Source: Polyangiales bacterium (GTDB lineage Bacteria; Myxococcota_A; Polyangia; Polyangiales; Ga0077539). Taken from it: 64,000 nt of DNA. A program made the position numbers and the translations under genes. Every line of letters starts with the position of its first letter. The first letter of the stretch is position 1. The stretch lies in contig JBGARZ010000005.1 of assembly GCA_044229975.1 (NCBI GenBank), positions 288,001 through 352,000 on the forward strand, read 5' to 3'. Shown here in pieces: positions 21,368 to 31,006 of the stretch. The notes under the pieces were generated by a model. The model searched no databases. It saw nothing but the letters and a program-made list of their open reading frames with translations, and was not told the origin of the DNA.

Positions 21368-21760
21368 ATGAAGCGACCGCGATGGGAGCTGGTCACGCAC
21401 CTCGACGGGTCACCGTCGCTGCTACCGCTCGCCCGCGCGCTGCTCGATGCGACGGGGCTCGGCGCGGTGGAGCTTCCGGGGTACAGCGAGTTCGTCCCGC
21501 GACAGCGGTGGGAGCGCTCGCTCGGTGAAGCTCGCGTGTCGCTCGGGGTCGATGTGTACGGGGTCGATCCCTACGCGGGCGGCGCATCGAGCGCGGAGTG
21601 GATGCGCGTCGAGGGGCTGGCCGACCGATCGCTGCGAGCGTCCATCGCGGAGATCGCCTGGGTCGGCCCCGAGCTCGACGTCGCCGCAGAGGGGCCGCCC
21701 GAATGGACCGAGGCCATCGCGACGGCGGTGCAGGAGTTCATCGCGACCCACGATCGGTAG
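21368..21760 (+). CDS. Hypothetical protein
   Basis: 130 aa ORF starting 8 nt after the upstream stop, with GAGGG RBS and genome-like codon use. Confidence 0.65.
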   Translation: MKRPRWELVTHLDGSPSLLPLARALLDATGLGAVELPGYSEFVPRQRWERSLGEARVSLGVDVYGVDPYAGGASSAEWMRVEGLADRSLRASIAEIAWVGPELDVAAEGPPEWTEAIATAVQEFIATHDR

Positions 21761-22189
21761 TCACGGCCCGCGCCTCACCTCCGCCGCGAACAGCACCACC
21801 CACGCCACGAGGATCGCCAGCGAGCTCAGCCCCGCCATGCCCGCCGCGAGCTTCTGCCGCGGCGGCCCCGCGAACACGAACGCATCGACGCCCGCGGCCT
21901 TGAACACATACGGCACCGGGTTGAGCCACCCCCCGAACACCAAGAGCACCGCTACCGGCCCAGCCGTGGTCGCCGCGATGGGCCAGCGATCGAGCACGAA
22001 CGCCGCCGTCACCTGCATGAACGCCAGCATCAACCAGTCGAGGTGCGCGGCGGTCATCAGCCGCGAGCGCAGGAGCTTCCCGAACGACTGCCCCCACGGT
22101 TGCATCGGCAGCAGCATCGCGAACCCGAGCAGGCACGCGAAGATGATCTGGAGCGCGGCGTTGAGGGCGAGCAGGCGGGGTGCGTTCAC
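21761..22189 (-). CDS. Small four-TM membrane protein, possibly styrene-oxide-isomerase (StyC)-like
   Basis: Four hydrophobic helices, AAHLD and GGWLNP motifs; GTG start at 22189; family call tentative. Confidence 0.6.
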   Translation of the reverse strand: MNAPRLLALNAALQIIFACLLGFAMLLPMQPWGQSFGKLLRSRLMTAAHLDWLMLAFMQVTAAFVLDRWPIAATTAGPVAVLLVFGGWLNPVPYVFKAAGVDAFVFAGPPRQKLAAGMAGLSSLAILVAWVVLFAAEVRRGP

Positions 22190-22253
22190 GCGCCCGATGG
22201 TACCGGCACTTCGACGGCGAGAACCCGCGACCGCATCCGTTGTCGCACCGGAC

Positions 22254-23069
22254 ATGCGCCGCTCTCTCGCCTGCCTGTCGTTGACCACGCTGCTCGGCTG
22301 CGCACCCCCGCTGGCCCGCGCGACGCCCATCGAGCGCGACGCCTCTGCCGTCGTCGTCACGCCGGATGTCCCTCGCGTGATGCCGACGCTCCACGAGCCG
22401 TCGGTCTATGTCGACCTCGCGGTTCCGGGGTACGGCGACGCCGTGCTGGTGGTGCCCGTGGGGGCGACGGGTCCGCGCCCGGTGGTCGTCCTCGGACACG
22501 GCAACTACGACCGCCCCGAGTGGGAGTGCCGCACGTGGCGGTACGTCACGCACGGTCGGGCCTTCGTGCTGTGCCCGCGCGGCCTGCTCCGCAACGACGT
22601 CACCGGCGCCGATGCGCCCCGCTTCACCTTTCGCAACGAGGTCGCGTTTGCGTCCGAGGCCAACGCGGGCCTCGCGGCGCTGCGGGCGCGCTACCCCGAC
22701 TACGTCGCGGCGGGCCCCGTCGCCTACGTCGGCTTTTCGTTGGGCGCGATCTTCGGGCCGGGTGTGGTCCCGCGCCTCGACGGCGGCGTGTCGCAGGTCG
22801 CGCTCGTCGAGGGCGGCTACGACGGCTGGACGGCCTCGCGCGGCCGGGCGTTTCGGGCGCGCGGTGGGACGCGCATCCTCTTTGTCAGCGGGCAGTCCGT
22901 GAACGCCGCCGCCGCGCGCCGCGCCACCGGGCGCCTCGCCGGGACCGGCGTGGAGACGCTGACCCTCCACGTGCCCGCGGCGGGTCACTCGTACGGCGGC
23001 GGTCTCATGCGTCGGTTGCCCGATGCCTTCGATGCGCTGGTGACAGGTGACCCTCGCTTCGCGCCGTAG
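22254..23069 (+). CDS. Alpha/beta-hydrolase-fold lipoprotein
   Basis: Lipobox LLGC, GHG oxyanion region, GFSLG nucleophile elbow, C-terminal GHSY. Confidence 0.8.
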   Translation: MRRSLACLSLTTLLGCAPPLARATPIERDASAVVVTPDVPRVMPTLHEPSVYVDLAVPGYGDAVLVVPVGATGPRPVVVLGHGNYDRPEWECRTWRYVTHGRAFVLCPRGLLRNDVTGADAPRFTFRNEVAFASEANAGLAALRARYPDYVAAGPVAYVGFSLGAIFGPGVVPRLDGGVSQVALVEGGYDGWTASRGRAFRARGGTRILFVSGQSVNAAAARRATGRLAGTGVETLTLHVPAAGHSYGGGLMRRLPDAFDALVTGDPRFAP

Positions 23070-23123
23070 CGAGCGGCGCCCTCCCGTAGTGCGCGAGCTT
23101 GAGTCGCAGCGTCCCGGGTCGAA

Positions 23124-23375
23124 CCCACCGCGTCCACGCCGGAGTTCACCGTGCCGTCGCCGCGCCCATCACGCTCGGTTCACTCCGGGCTATTTCACGC
23201 GGATCGCCCCGCCCGAAGCGGGGCTCAGTGAATCTGATCCTGAGCCACCAACCGTGGCATGGGGGGGCGCCTGAGCCCCGCTTCAGGCGGGGCGATCCGC
23301 GTGAAATAGCCCGGAGTGAACCGAGCGTGACGGGCGCGGCGACGGCACGGTGAACTCCGGCGTGGGCGCGGCGGG
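23124..23375. repeat. Intergenic inverted repeat with 105-bp arms and a 42-nt spacer (MITE/REPIN-like)
   Basis: 23124-23228 is the reverse complement of 23271-23375 with four mismatches; each arm carries an inner GCCCCGC-N5-GCGGGGC hairpin. Confidence 0.95.
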
Positions 23376-23485
23376 CTGTCCGACTCTGGAAGCGGAGGAG
23401 AAGTCAGTGTCCTCAGTGGACACCACCCGCCCTCCCCGTCCCCGATGACCTTTGCGCCGATCGGCGGTACACCCTCGACCCACCC

Positions 23486-24235
23486 ATGGAACTCTCCGGC
23501 TCCATCGCACTCGTCACCGGTGGCGGCCGCGGCATCGGGGAGGCCATCGCGCGACGCCTCGCCGCCGCGGGCCTGCGCGTCGTCGTCTCGGGCCGTGACG
23601 TCGCCGCGCTCGAAGCCGTCGCCTCCTCCATCGGCGGCGTCGCGCTCCCGGCCGACCTCACCGACCGCGCCTCGGTCGAGTCCCTCGCGCGCACCGTCAC
23701 CCGCGTCGTCGGCCCCGTCGCAGTGCTCGTCAACAACGCCGGCCTCGCCGAGAGCGCCCCCCTCGCCCGCACCGACGACGCCATCTGGGACCGCACCATG
23801 GCCCTCAACGTCACGGCGGCGTTTACGCTGTGCCGCGCGCTCGTTCCCGACATGGCGAAGCGCGGCCCCGGGCGCGTGGTCAATGTTGCCAGCAACGCGG
23901 GGCTGCGCGGGTACGCTTACACAAGTGCTTACTGCGCGAGCAAACACGCCATGGTGGGGCTCACCCGCGCGCTGGCGGTGGAGTTCGCTCGCACCGGGGT
24001 GACGGTCAACGCGGTGTGCCCGGGCTTCGTCGACACGGCCATGAGCGACCGGGCAGCGACCAACATCGCGAAGGCCACCGGGCGCGACGGCCACGAGGCG
24101 CTGGCCGCGCTCTCGCCGCAGCGACGACTGATGACGCCCGAGGAGGTGGCGCACACGGTGTGGAGCTTTCTGCCGCACGAGGCGCGCGGGCTTACCGGGC
24201 AGTGTATCGCGCTCGACGGAGGGCAGACGGCATGA
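23486..24235 (+). CDS. Short-chain dehydrogenase/reductase (AbmB-like)
   Basis: TGGGRGIG, NNAG, YCASK, NAVCPGFVDT. Confidence 0.93.
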   Translation: MELSGSIALVTGGGRGIGEAIARRLAAAGLRVVVSGRDVAALEAVASSIGGVALPADLTDRASVESLARTVTRVVGPVAVLVNNAGLAESAPLARTDDAIWDRTMALNVTAAFTLCRALVPDMAKRGPGRVVNVASNAGLRGYAYTSAYCASKHAMVGLTRALAVEFARTGVTVNAVCPGFVDTAMSDRAATNIAKATGRDGHEALAALSPQRRLMTPEEVAHTVWSFLPHEARGLTGQCIALDGGQTA

Positions 24236-24642
24236 GCGGAGAGGCGGTTTCCCCAGAGGGATGGGCCCCGGCGAAGGGCTACGCCAACGGCGTGGTGTGC
24301 GGCCCGGGGCGCACCGTGTACGTCGGCGGGCAGATCGGCTGGGACGGCCAGCAGCAGCCCGTGTCGGACGAGTTCGTGGCGCAGTTCGATCAGGCGCTCG
24401 CCAACGTGGTGGCGGTGGTCGAAGCGGCGGGCGGCAGCGCGACGGACGTGGTGAAGATGACCGTCTACGTGACGGACATGGCCGCGTATCGCTCGTCGCT
24501 CAAGGCCATCGGCGCGAGCTGGCGTGTGCGGCTGGGCAGGCACTTCCCGGCGATGGCGCTGCTCGGCGTGAGCGTGCTGGTCGAGCCCTGGGCGAAGGTC
24601 GAAATCGAGGCCATCGCCCACATCACCCAACAGAACGGTTGA
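24232..24642 (+). CDS. RidA family protein
   Basis: GYANG, GQIGW, QFDQALAN, FPAM, VEIEAIA; ATGA overlap with the SDR. Confidence 0.92.
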   Translation: MSGEAVSPEGWAPAKGYANGVVCGPGRTVYVGGQIGWDGQQQPVSDEFVAQFDQALANVVAVVEAAGGSATDVVKMTVYVTDMAAYRSSLKAIGASWRVRLGRHFPAMALLGVSVLVEPWAKVEIEAIAHITQQNG

Positions 24643-24648
24643 CCCCCA

Positions 24649-25455
24649 ATGACGGACCTCTCCCCGAAGACCTTCCGCTTCTCGCTCTCGCACGGCGTCG
24701 GAACCATCACCCTCGACCGCCCGCAGCGCCTCAACTCACTGACCTTCGAGAGCTACATCGAGCTCGGGGCGTTTTTTCCAGAGCTGGAGAAGCACCCCGA
24801 GGTGCGGGCGCTGGTGATCACCGGCGAGGGCAATGGGTTCTGCTCGGGCGGTGACCGGCAGGACATCATCGCGAAGCTCTTCGAGCGCGACATGGCGGGG
24901 CTGCTGGAGTTCACGCGCATCACGGGCGCCCTCATCCGGGCGATTCGCCGGGTGCGGCGGCCGGTGATCGCGGCCGTCAACGGCGTGGCCGTGGGAGCGG
25001 GCGCGGTGATGGCGCTGGCGTGTGATCTGCGAATCGTCTCGGAAGACGCGCGCTTCGGCTTCGTGTTTCCGAAGGTGGGTCTGTCGGGCGCGGACATGGG
25101 CGCGGCGTACCTGCTACCGCGCGTGGTGGGCCTGGGGCGCGCGTCGGAGCTGCTCTTCATGGGCGACCTCATCGACGCGCAGGAGGCGCTGCGCATCGGG
25201 CTGGCCAACCGGGTGGTGGCGAAGTCGGAGGTGCTGTCGACGGCGCTGGAGCTGGCGCAGCGGATGAGCGACGGGCCGGCGTTTGCGCACGCGATGACCA
25301 AGCAGATGATCGAGGCGGAGTCGACGATGGGTCTCGACGAGGCCATCGAGGCGGAGGCGCAGGCGCAGGCGATCTGCATGGCGCACCCGGATTTCCGCGA
25401 GGCGTACAACGCGCTGGTGGACAAGCGGCCACCGAGGTTCGCGGGTGTGGAGTGA
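24649..25455 (+). CDS. Enoyl-CoA hydratase/isomerase family protein (AbmC-like)
   Basis: FCSGGD, IAAVNGVAVGAG, VGLSGADMGAAYLLPRVVG, EAQAQAICM. Confidence 0.93.
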   Translation: MTDLSPKTFRFSLSHGVGTITLDRPQRLNSLTFESYIELGAFFPELEKHPEVRALVITGEGNGFCSGGDRQDIIAKLFERDMAGLLEFTRITGALIRAIRRVRRPVIAAVNGVAVGAGAVMALACDLRIVSEDARFGFVFPKVGLSGADMGAAYLLPRVVGLGRASELLFMGDLIDAQEALRIGLANRVVAKSEVLSTALELAQRMSDGPAFAHAMTKQMIEAESTMGLDEAIEAEAQAQAICMAHPDFREAYNALVDKRPPRFAGVE

Positions 25456-25458
25456 GTG

Positions 25459-26637
25459 ATGACCAGACGAGCGTGCGCGCCGAGCAGCGATGACCTGACC
25501 TTCTTCTTCGACGACTGGCACGCGCCGCTGGCGGAGCGGGCCCGGTCCCTGGCTATGGAGCCGTGGCCCGAGGCGCACGAAGACCCCGCCGCCATGGCGA
25601 AGCGGCTGGGGGATGAGGGGCTGTTGCGGGCGTGTGTTCCGTCGAGCGTGGGGGGATTGGCGGCGCGAGACCCGGACGCCATCGACGTGCGCGCGGTGTG
25701 TCTCGTGCGCGAGGCGCTGGGCTGGGGCAGCGGGCTGCTCGACACGGTCTTTGCGATGCAGGGACTGGGCAGCTACCCCATCGTGCTGGCGGGGACGAAG
25801 GCGCAGCGCGAGGAGTATCTCCCGGCGGTGCTGCGCGGTGAGTCGCTGGCGGCGTTTGCGATCACCGAGCACGAAGCGGGGACGGACGTCTCTTCGCTGG
25901 AGACGGTGGCGCGACGTGATGGTGATGGGTGGGTGCTCGATGGCGAGAAGACCTTCATCTCCAACGCGGGGGTGGCAGGGCACTATGTGGTGTTCGCCAA
26001 CGCCGATCCGTCGCAGGGGAGAAAGGGGATCACGGCGTTCATCGTGCGGCCGAGTGACCCTGGGTTTGTCTTCAAGGGGGCGATTCCGATGATGGCCGAT
26101 CACCCGATTGGCACCATCGCCTTCGAGGGTTGTCGGTTGGACGATGAGCGCCGGCTCGGCGCGGTGGGCGACGGGTTTCGCATCGCGATGACGACGCTGG
26201 ATGCCTTCCGCAGCACGGTGGGCGCGGCGGCGCTGGGGATGGCGCGTCGGGCGCTGGACGAGTCCATCGACCGGGTCACGAAGCGCAAGCAGTTCGGGAA
26301 GGCGATCGGAACCTTCCAGACGGTTCAGGGCTACCTCGCCGAGATGGCGACGGACCTGGATGCGGCGCGGCTCCTGGTCTACCGGGCGGCGTGGACGAAG
26401 GACCGTGGGGCCGCGCGGGTGACGCTGGAGGCGAGCATGGGGAAGATGTTCGCGACGGAGGCGGCGCAGCGGGTGATCGACCGCGCGGTGCAGTTGCACG
26501 GCGGGACGGGCGTGGTGCGCGGCGTGGCCGTCGAGCGCCTGTATCGGGAGGTGCGAGCGCTGCGCATCTACGAGGGGACGACGGAGATTCAGCGGCTGGT
26601 CATCGCGGGGCAGTTGTTGCCAAAGGGAATGGGCTGA
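25459..26637 (+). CDS. Acyl-CoA dehydrogenase (AbmD-like)
   Basis: [47 protein letters not shown]. Confidence 0.94.
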   Translation: MTRRACAPSSDDLTFFFDDWHAPLAERARSLAMEPWPEAHEDPAAMAKRLGDEGLLRACVPSSVGGLAARDPDAIDVRAVCLVREALGWGSGLLDTVFAMQGLGSYPIVLAGTKAQREEYLPAVLRGESLAAFAITEHEAGTDVSSLETVARRDGDGWVLDGEKTFISNAGVAGHYVVFANADPSQGRKGITAFIVRPSDPGFVFKGAIPMMADHPIGTIAFEGCRLDDERRLGAVGDGFRIAMTTLDAFRSTVGAAALGMARRALDESIDRVTKRKQFGKAIGTFQTVQGYLAEMATDLDAARLLVYRAAWTKDRGAARVTLEASMGKMFATEAAQRVIDRAVQLHGGTGVVRGVAVERLYREVRALRIYEGTTEIQRLVIAGQLLPKGMG

Positions 26638-26640
26638 ACG

Positions 26641-28260
26641 ATGAGCGCGGTAACCTTTCCAGACGTCTTCAACCTGGCGGACTACTTCCTCTTCGATCGG
26701 CTGAAGGAGGGCCTCGGCGACACCGTCGCGCTGCGCTTCGGCGACCGACAATGGACCTACGCGGAGGTGGCAGCGCGCACGGAGAGCGTGGCGGCGCTGC
26801 TGCACGACGCGGGGCTGCGCCACGAGGAGCGGGTGCTCATCGTGCTGCCCGACCTGCCGCCGTTTGCGTGGACCTTCTTCGGGGTGTTGAAGGCCGGCGG
26901 GGTGATTGCGATGGGCAACCCCGACGCGCCGGCGGGCGACCTCGCGTATCTGACGGAGTACACGCGGGCGTCGGTGATCGTCACGGTTCCGCGGGTGGTG
27001 ACGGCGCTGCACGAGGGGCTGCGGACGTCACCGTGGTTGAAGGCGGTGTTCGTGGTGCCTGACGCGGCGACGGGAGAAGACCCGGAAGCCGAGGTTGGAT
27101 TCGACAGTGTGCCCGGGAGGCGGAGCGAGACGCTGTCGTCGGCGCTGGCGTTTGGACATCGGAGCGGGCGGCGGCTGGAGGTGGTGCCGACGCGGCGCGA
27201 CGACGTCGCGGTGTGGCTGTTTACGAGCGGGTCGACGGGCAAGCCCAAGGCTGCGGTGCACACGCATCGGGACTTCGCGTTCAACACGGAGGTGTACGCG
27301 CTGAAGACGGTGGGTTATCGGCGCGGTGACGTGTGCGTGAGCGTGCCGCGGTTGTTCTTTGGATATGCGACCGGCACCAACCTGATGTTCCCCTTCCGGG
27401 TGGGGGCGACGGTGGGGATGTTCTCCGAGCGGCCGACGGTGGAGTCGCTGACGACAGCCATCGCACAGTACCGGCCGACGGTGCTGACCAACGTTCCGAC
27501 CATGATCGGCAAGCTATTGGAGCAGGGGAAGGAGCTCGACCTGTCGTCGCTGCGCTTCTGCCTGTCAGCGGGTGAAGCGCTGCCGCCGACGCTGCTCGCG
27601 CGGTGGACCGAGCGTTTCGGCGTGGAGGTCTACGACGGCATCGGGTCGGCGGAGATGTTTCACATCTACGTGAGCAACCGGCCGGGTGACGTGAAGCCGG
27701 GATCACTGGGCAAGGTGGTCGAGGGGTATACGATCAAGGTATTGCCCAGGGACGCCATCGGGCCGGGGGCGGAGGCGGCGGCTGTGAATGAAGTGGGCGT
27801 GCTGTGGGTGAGCGGGGACAGCGTCGCCATCGGGTATCACGGCGATCGGGACAAGAGCTGGGAGACGTTCCACGGGCGCTGGTGCTCGACGGGGGATTTG
27901 TTCAGGTTGGATGAAGAGGGGTACCTCTGGTTTGGCGGGAGGGCCGACGAGCTGCTGAAGATCTCGGGGCTCTGGGTGTCTCCACTGGAGGTGGAGGATT
28001 GCCTGTTGGAGCACCCGGCGGTGGCAGAGGTCGCGGTGATCGGGGTCGAGGTGGAGGGGCTGCTGGCGTCGCGGGCGTACGTGGTGGCGCGCGAAGGGCA
28101 CGCAGCGGGCGATGGGCTGGCGGGTGAGCTTCAGCAGTGGGCGAAGGGGCGGCTGGCGCGGCATAAGTACCCGCGACAGGTGGTCTTCGTGAGCGAGCTG
28201 CCGAAGAACGATCGGGGGAAGATCGATCGGAAGGCGTTGAAGGCGCGGGTGGGCGGGTAA
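26641..28260 (+). CDS. Benzoate/2-aminobenzoate-CoA ligase family protein
   Basis: FTSGSTGKPK, LFFGYATG, SAGEALP, DGIGSAEMFHIY, TGD, LPKNDRGKIDR. Confidence 0.93.
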   Translation: MSAVTFPDVFNLADYFLFDRLKEGLGDTVALRFGDRQWTYAEVAARTESVAALLHDAGLRHEERVLIVLPDLPPFAWTFFGVLKAGGVIAMGNPDAPAGDLAYLTEYTRASVIVTVPRVVTALHEGLRTSPWLKAVFVVPDAATGEDPEAEVGFDSVPGRRSETLSSALAFGHRSGRRLEVVPTRRDDVAVWLFTSGSTGKPKAAVHTHRDFAFNTEVYALKTVGYRRGDVCVSVPRLFFGYATGTNLMFPFRVGATVGMFSERPTVESLTTAIAQYRPTVLTNVPTMIGKLLEQGKELDLSSLRFCLSAGEALPPTLLARWTERFGVEVYDGIGSAEMFHIYVSNRPGDVKPGSLGKVVEGYTIKVLPRDAIGPGAEAAAVNEVGVLWVSGDSVAIGYHGDRDKSWETFHGRWCSTGDLFRLDEEGYLWFGGRADELLKISGLWVSPLEVEDCLLEHPAVAEVAVIGVEVEGLLASRAYVVAREGHAAGDGLAGELQQWAKGRLARHKYPRQVVFVSELPKNDRGKIDRKALKARVGG

Positions 28261-28268
28261 CGCTCGAC

Positions 28269-28426
28269 GGCCGTCCGATTGGCTGTTTGCTTGAGCAGAT
28301 TGTTGGTGGGACAGGCCGCTTGTTGGACGCTGGGGTTCGCGCGTTGACGCTCACCCCAGCGTCCAGCCATTGGCCTGCCCACTGACCATCGAGCCGAACT
28401 CGAACTGACCAACCGCACCAACGGCC
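28269..28426. repeat. Degenerate long palindrome (REP-like) between convergent genes; possible bidirectional terminator
   Basis: Perfect 13-bp core TGGACGCTGGGGT (28324-28336) / ACCCCAGCGTCCA (28353-28365), with outer pairings TGGG-CAGGCC/GGCCTG-CCCA and GGCCGT/ACGGCC. Confidence 0.7.
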
Positions 28427-28431
28427 AGCCG

Positions 28432-29097
28432 CTACTGCAACGTCACGCTCGCCGCCGGCACCACCGCTGGCGGCTCCCGCGCGTCGAGCCCCGCATCCAG
28501 CCGCTCGTAGCTCCCGCGCCACACCGCCCGATAGAGCCAGCGCAGCAGCAGCGGCAGCTCCGCGAGCACGCCCGCCCGCTCGTCGGGCGACACCACCGAG
28601 AGAATCCACGGCAGCGCAAACCCGATCTCCGCCAGGCTCGACCGCTTCCGCAGCCCCTCCTCGAAGACCCGCTGCTCGGCCAGCGACATCAACCGCGACA
28701 CCGCCGGAACCACCAGCGCCTCCTCGGCGTCGAGGTGATACCGGATGAGCGCCGCGAGCCCCGCGCTCGCCTCGACCAGCTCACTCCCGCCACCTGCCGC
28801 AAGACCCGCCGCGACCCGCTCCAGCAGCGCCGCCATCTCGCGATGATCGCCCTCCAACGTCGCGAAGCCCGCCCCGAGCGATCCGTCGCGCTCCCGCAGC
28901 ATCGGGAAGAACATCTCGTCCTCCAGGTGGTGGTGCTCCTCCAGCTGATGTCGGAAGCGCGCGAACCACCGCGCCATCGACGCGACCTCGGTCTTCGACG
29001 GCCGCCGCGCCGCGCGCTGCGCCAGGCGAACGGTGTCGCGCCGCATCGCCTGATGGATGAACAAGAGCCCGTGCAAGGAGAAGTTTTCGTGCGTCAT
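28432..29097 (-). CDS. Hemerythrin-domain protein
   Basis: IHQAMRRD, HHHLED, FFPML, DH, HLDAEE (HHE cation-binding pattern). Confidence 0.88.
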   Translation of the reverse strand: MTHENFSLHGLLFIHQAMRRDTVRLAQRAARRPSKTEVASMARWFARFRHQLEEHHHLEDEMFFPMLRERDGSLGAGFATLEGDHREMAALLERVAAGLAAGGGSELVEASAGLAALIRYHLDAEEALVVPAVSRLMSLAEQRVFEEGLRKRSSLAEIGFALPWILSVVSPDERAGVLAELPLLLRWLYRAVWRGSYERLDAGLDAREPPAVVPAASVTLQ

Positions 29098-29141
29098 GGG
29101 TGAAGCCTTTCGAGGTGCCGCCAGCGGCGTCACACCGTCAC

Positions 29142-29157
29142 TGCAACCACCTCGCCA
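29142..29157 (-). promoter_or_regulatory. Putative sigma-54 promoter of the hemerythrin gene
   Basis: Minus strand TGGCGAGGTGGTTGCA fits TGGC-N7-TTGCA, about 45 nt upstream of ATG 29097. Confidence 0.65.
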
Positions 29158-29280
29158 ACCCGTCTCGCACGGCTGATTCTCAGCCTATTGGCACGATCGT
29201 ACGCCCCGCGAACCATCTCGCGCCCACACCGACTGCGCGCCCCTCGCGCGGATTGAGCAACTCCGGCCCGATCCGTCTCC

Positions 29281-30885
29281 TCAGCGCACCCGCAGCACCC
29301 GCACCCGCAGCCCCGCCGTCGCCGCCATTCGCACCGTCGCGCCGACCTCCGCCGCCCCCGCGGTCGCGTCCACGGTCAGGTACTCCACGCCGCCCTCGAG
29401 CATCTGCCCGTCGGCCATGCCGATGGCCTGCGTCGCGGGGCCGCGCGCCATCATTCCCTCGAAGGTCGAGTACACGTCCGCTCCGCGCGGTCGCGACGTC
29501 ACGGGGTCCATCGTCACCGCGCCGTAGCGGAAGCACCCGTTGGTCGCCGCCGCGCCGCCGTTCTCCTCGCGGTTGCTCGCCGCCAGGGCCGTGTAGAAGT
29601 CCATCTCGACGTCCGCCATCGAAGCCGTCCCCACCGACGTCCGCAGCGTCGCCGACACCGAGTCCGGTGCGTCGAACAGCGTCCGCAGCAGCGCCGGACC
29701 GCCCCGCCCCACGATGCTCCCGTCGGCCTGCGCCTCGTCGCCGCCCGCGCGGTCGTAAAGCCAGCGCGCGAAGAGATACCCGCCGCCCCGCATCGCGCCA
29801 TCGCGGCTGAAACTGCCCGCGGTCCCGTCGACCAGCACATCGCCCAGCGAGAAGCGGTTCACCTGGTCGAGCGCCACCTTCGTCGCGCGCAGGCTGTCGA
29901 ACTGAAACCCGATGGTGTCCTGCGCGAGGCCGCCGAAGGCCTCCTGCATGTACACGCTGTCCTCCCACGCGGTCAGCCGGTTGCGCAGCACCTTGCGGCC
30001 GTAGTGCACGAGATGGCCCACCTCGTGGGCGACGATCTCGTTGACCGCCGCGGGCGTGTTGTAGGGCGCTTGAAGCAGGTTGAACGGCGTCAGGTACACC
30101 GCCTCGACACGGTTCGACCCGCCGCACCCGTCCTTGTTCACCAGGTCACACGGCCAGAAGAAGCCCTGCCCGATGTCGGCCGTCAACGGCGACAACACCA
30201 GCGCGATGCGCCCGTCACCGTCGACGTCGGACTCCATCCCGAACACCGCGCGCTCCCGCGGAACGATGGTCGCGTCGAAGACCCGCAGCAGCTCCGTCAC
30301 GAAGGCCATGTCCACCGTCGCGGGGTTGCCCGGCGTCACGTCGGCCCACACCACCGCCCGGTCGCTCACCGCCACCACGCGCGCCGTCATGGTGGCGATC
30401 ACCCGCTTGGTCGGGATGCGGAAGGTGCGCTCCGTCCCGACGGCAGGCGCGGTGCCCATGGGCGCGGCCTCGGTCGGCAACACCATCGGCCGCCAGCGCG
30501 TCGGGTCGAGCGAGCACCCCGTCGCCAGCGTCGGCATCGGCGCGAATCCGTCGACCCGCGCCACCGCGGTGTAGGGGTCGGACTCGCCCGTCATCGCAAG
30601 CTGCGTCGAGGCGGCGATGAGCACGAAGCGCTCGGCCCCCGTCGGCGTGGCGAGACGCACGGCCGCGACGCCACCACTGACCGGGACCTCGGCGACCTCC
30701 CCGGGCGCGAGCGCGAAGGCCACGCCCGGACCAGCATCGCCGGCATCGACCGCGGCGGCGTCGGCCCGCGCATCGGTGGACACCCGAGCATCGGCCGAGG
30801 CGTCGGCCATGGTGGGGTCGGGCCCGCCGCAGCCCGCGACGAAGAGCAGCGACAACGGCAGCACGAGCGAGAGGGAGAGCTTCAT
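29281..30885 (-). CDS. Zinc metallopeptidase lipoprotein (M30/hyicolysin-like)
   Basis: Lipobox VAGC, DA-rich linker, FGMESDVDGDGRI, GFFWPCDL, HEVGH and a downstream Glu (YMQEAF). Confidence 0.78.
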   Translation of the reverse strand: MKLSLSLVLPLSLLFVAGCGGPDPTMADASADARVSTDARADAAAVDAGDAGPGVAFALAPGEVAEVPVSGGVAAVRLATPTGAERFVLIAASTQLAMTGESDPYTAVARVDGFAPMPTLATGCSLDPTRWRPMVLPTEAAPMGTAPAVGTERTFRIPTKRVIATMTARVVAVSDRAVVWADVTPGNPATVDMAFVTELLRVFDATIVPRERAVFGMESDVDGDGRIALVLSPLTADIGQGFFWPCDLVNKDGCGGSNRVEAVYLTPFNLLQAPYNTPAAVNEIVAHEVGHLVHYGRKVLRNRLTAWEDSVYMQEAFGGLAQDTIGFQFDSLRATKVALDQVNRFSLGDVLVDGTAGSFSRDGAMRGGGYLFARWLYDRAGGDEAQADGSIVGRGGPALLRTLFDAPDSVSATLRTSVGTASMADVEMDFYTALAASNREENGGAAATNGCFRYGAVTMDPVTSRPRGADVYSTFEGMMARGPATQAIGMADGQMLEGGVEYLTVDATAGAAEVGATVRMAATAGLRVRVLRVR

Positions 30886-30976
30886 GGGGCGCGACCGATC
30901 CATCGAACACGCCCACGGCGCGGAGATCAACGATGGATGCGTCGCAGCGCAGGAGGGCAGCGGACGGCGGCAGAGG

Positions 30977-31005
30977 TTGACGGCCCCGCGCAAGACCGGT
31001 ACCTA
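30977..31005 (+). promoter_or_regulatory. Putative sigma-70-type promoter of rpsD
   Basis: TTGACG-N17-TACCTA directly before the structured leader; the -10 match is weak. Confidence 0.4.
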
Positions 31006-31006
31006 C

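Noticed and set aside
23047..23510. Small ORFs on both strands sharing the peptide RFTPGYFTRIAPPEAGL
   Set aside because: A by-product of the inverted repeat; no independent coding evidence
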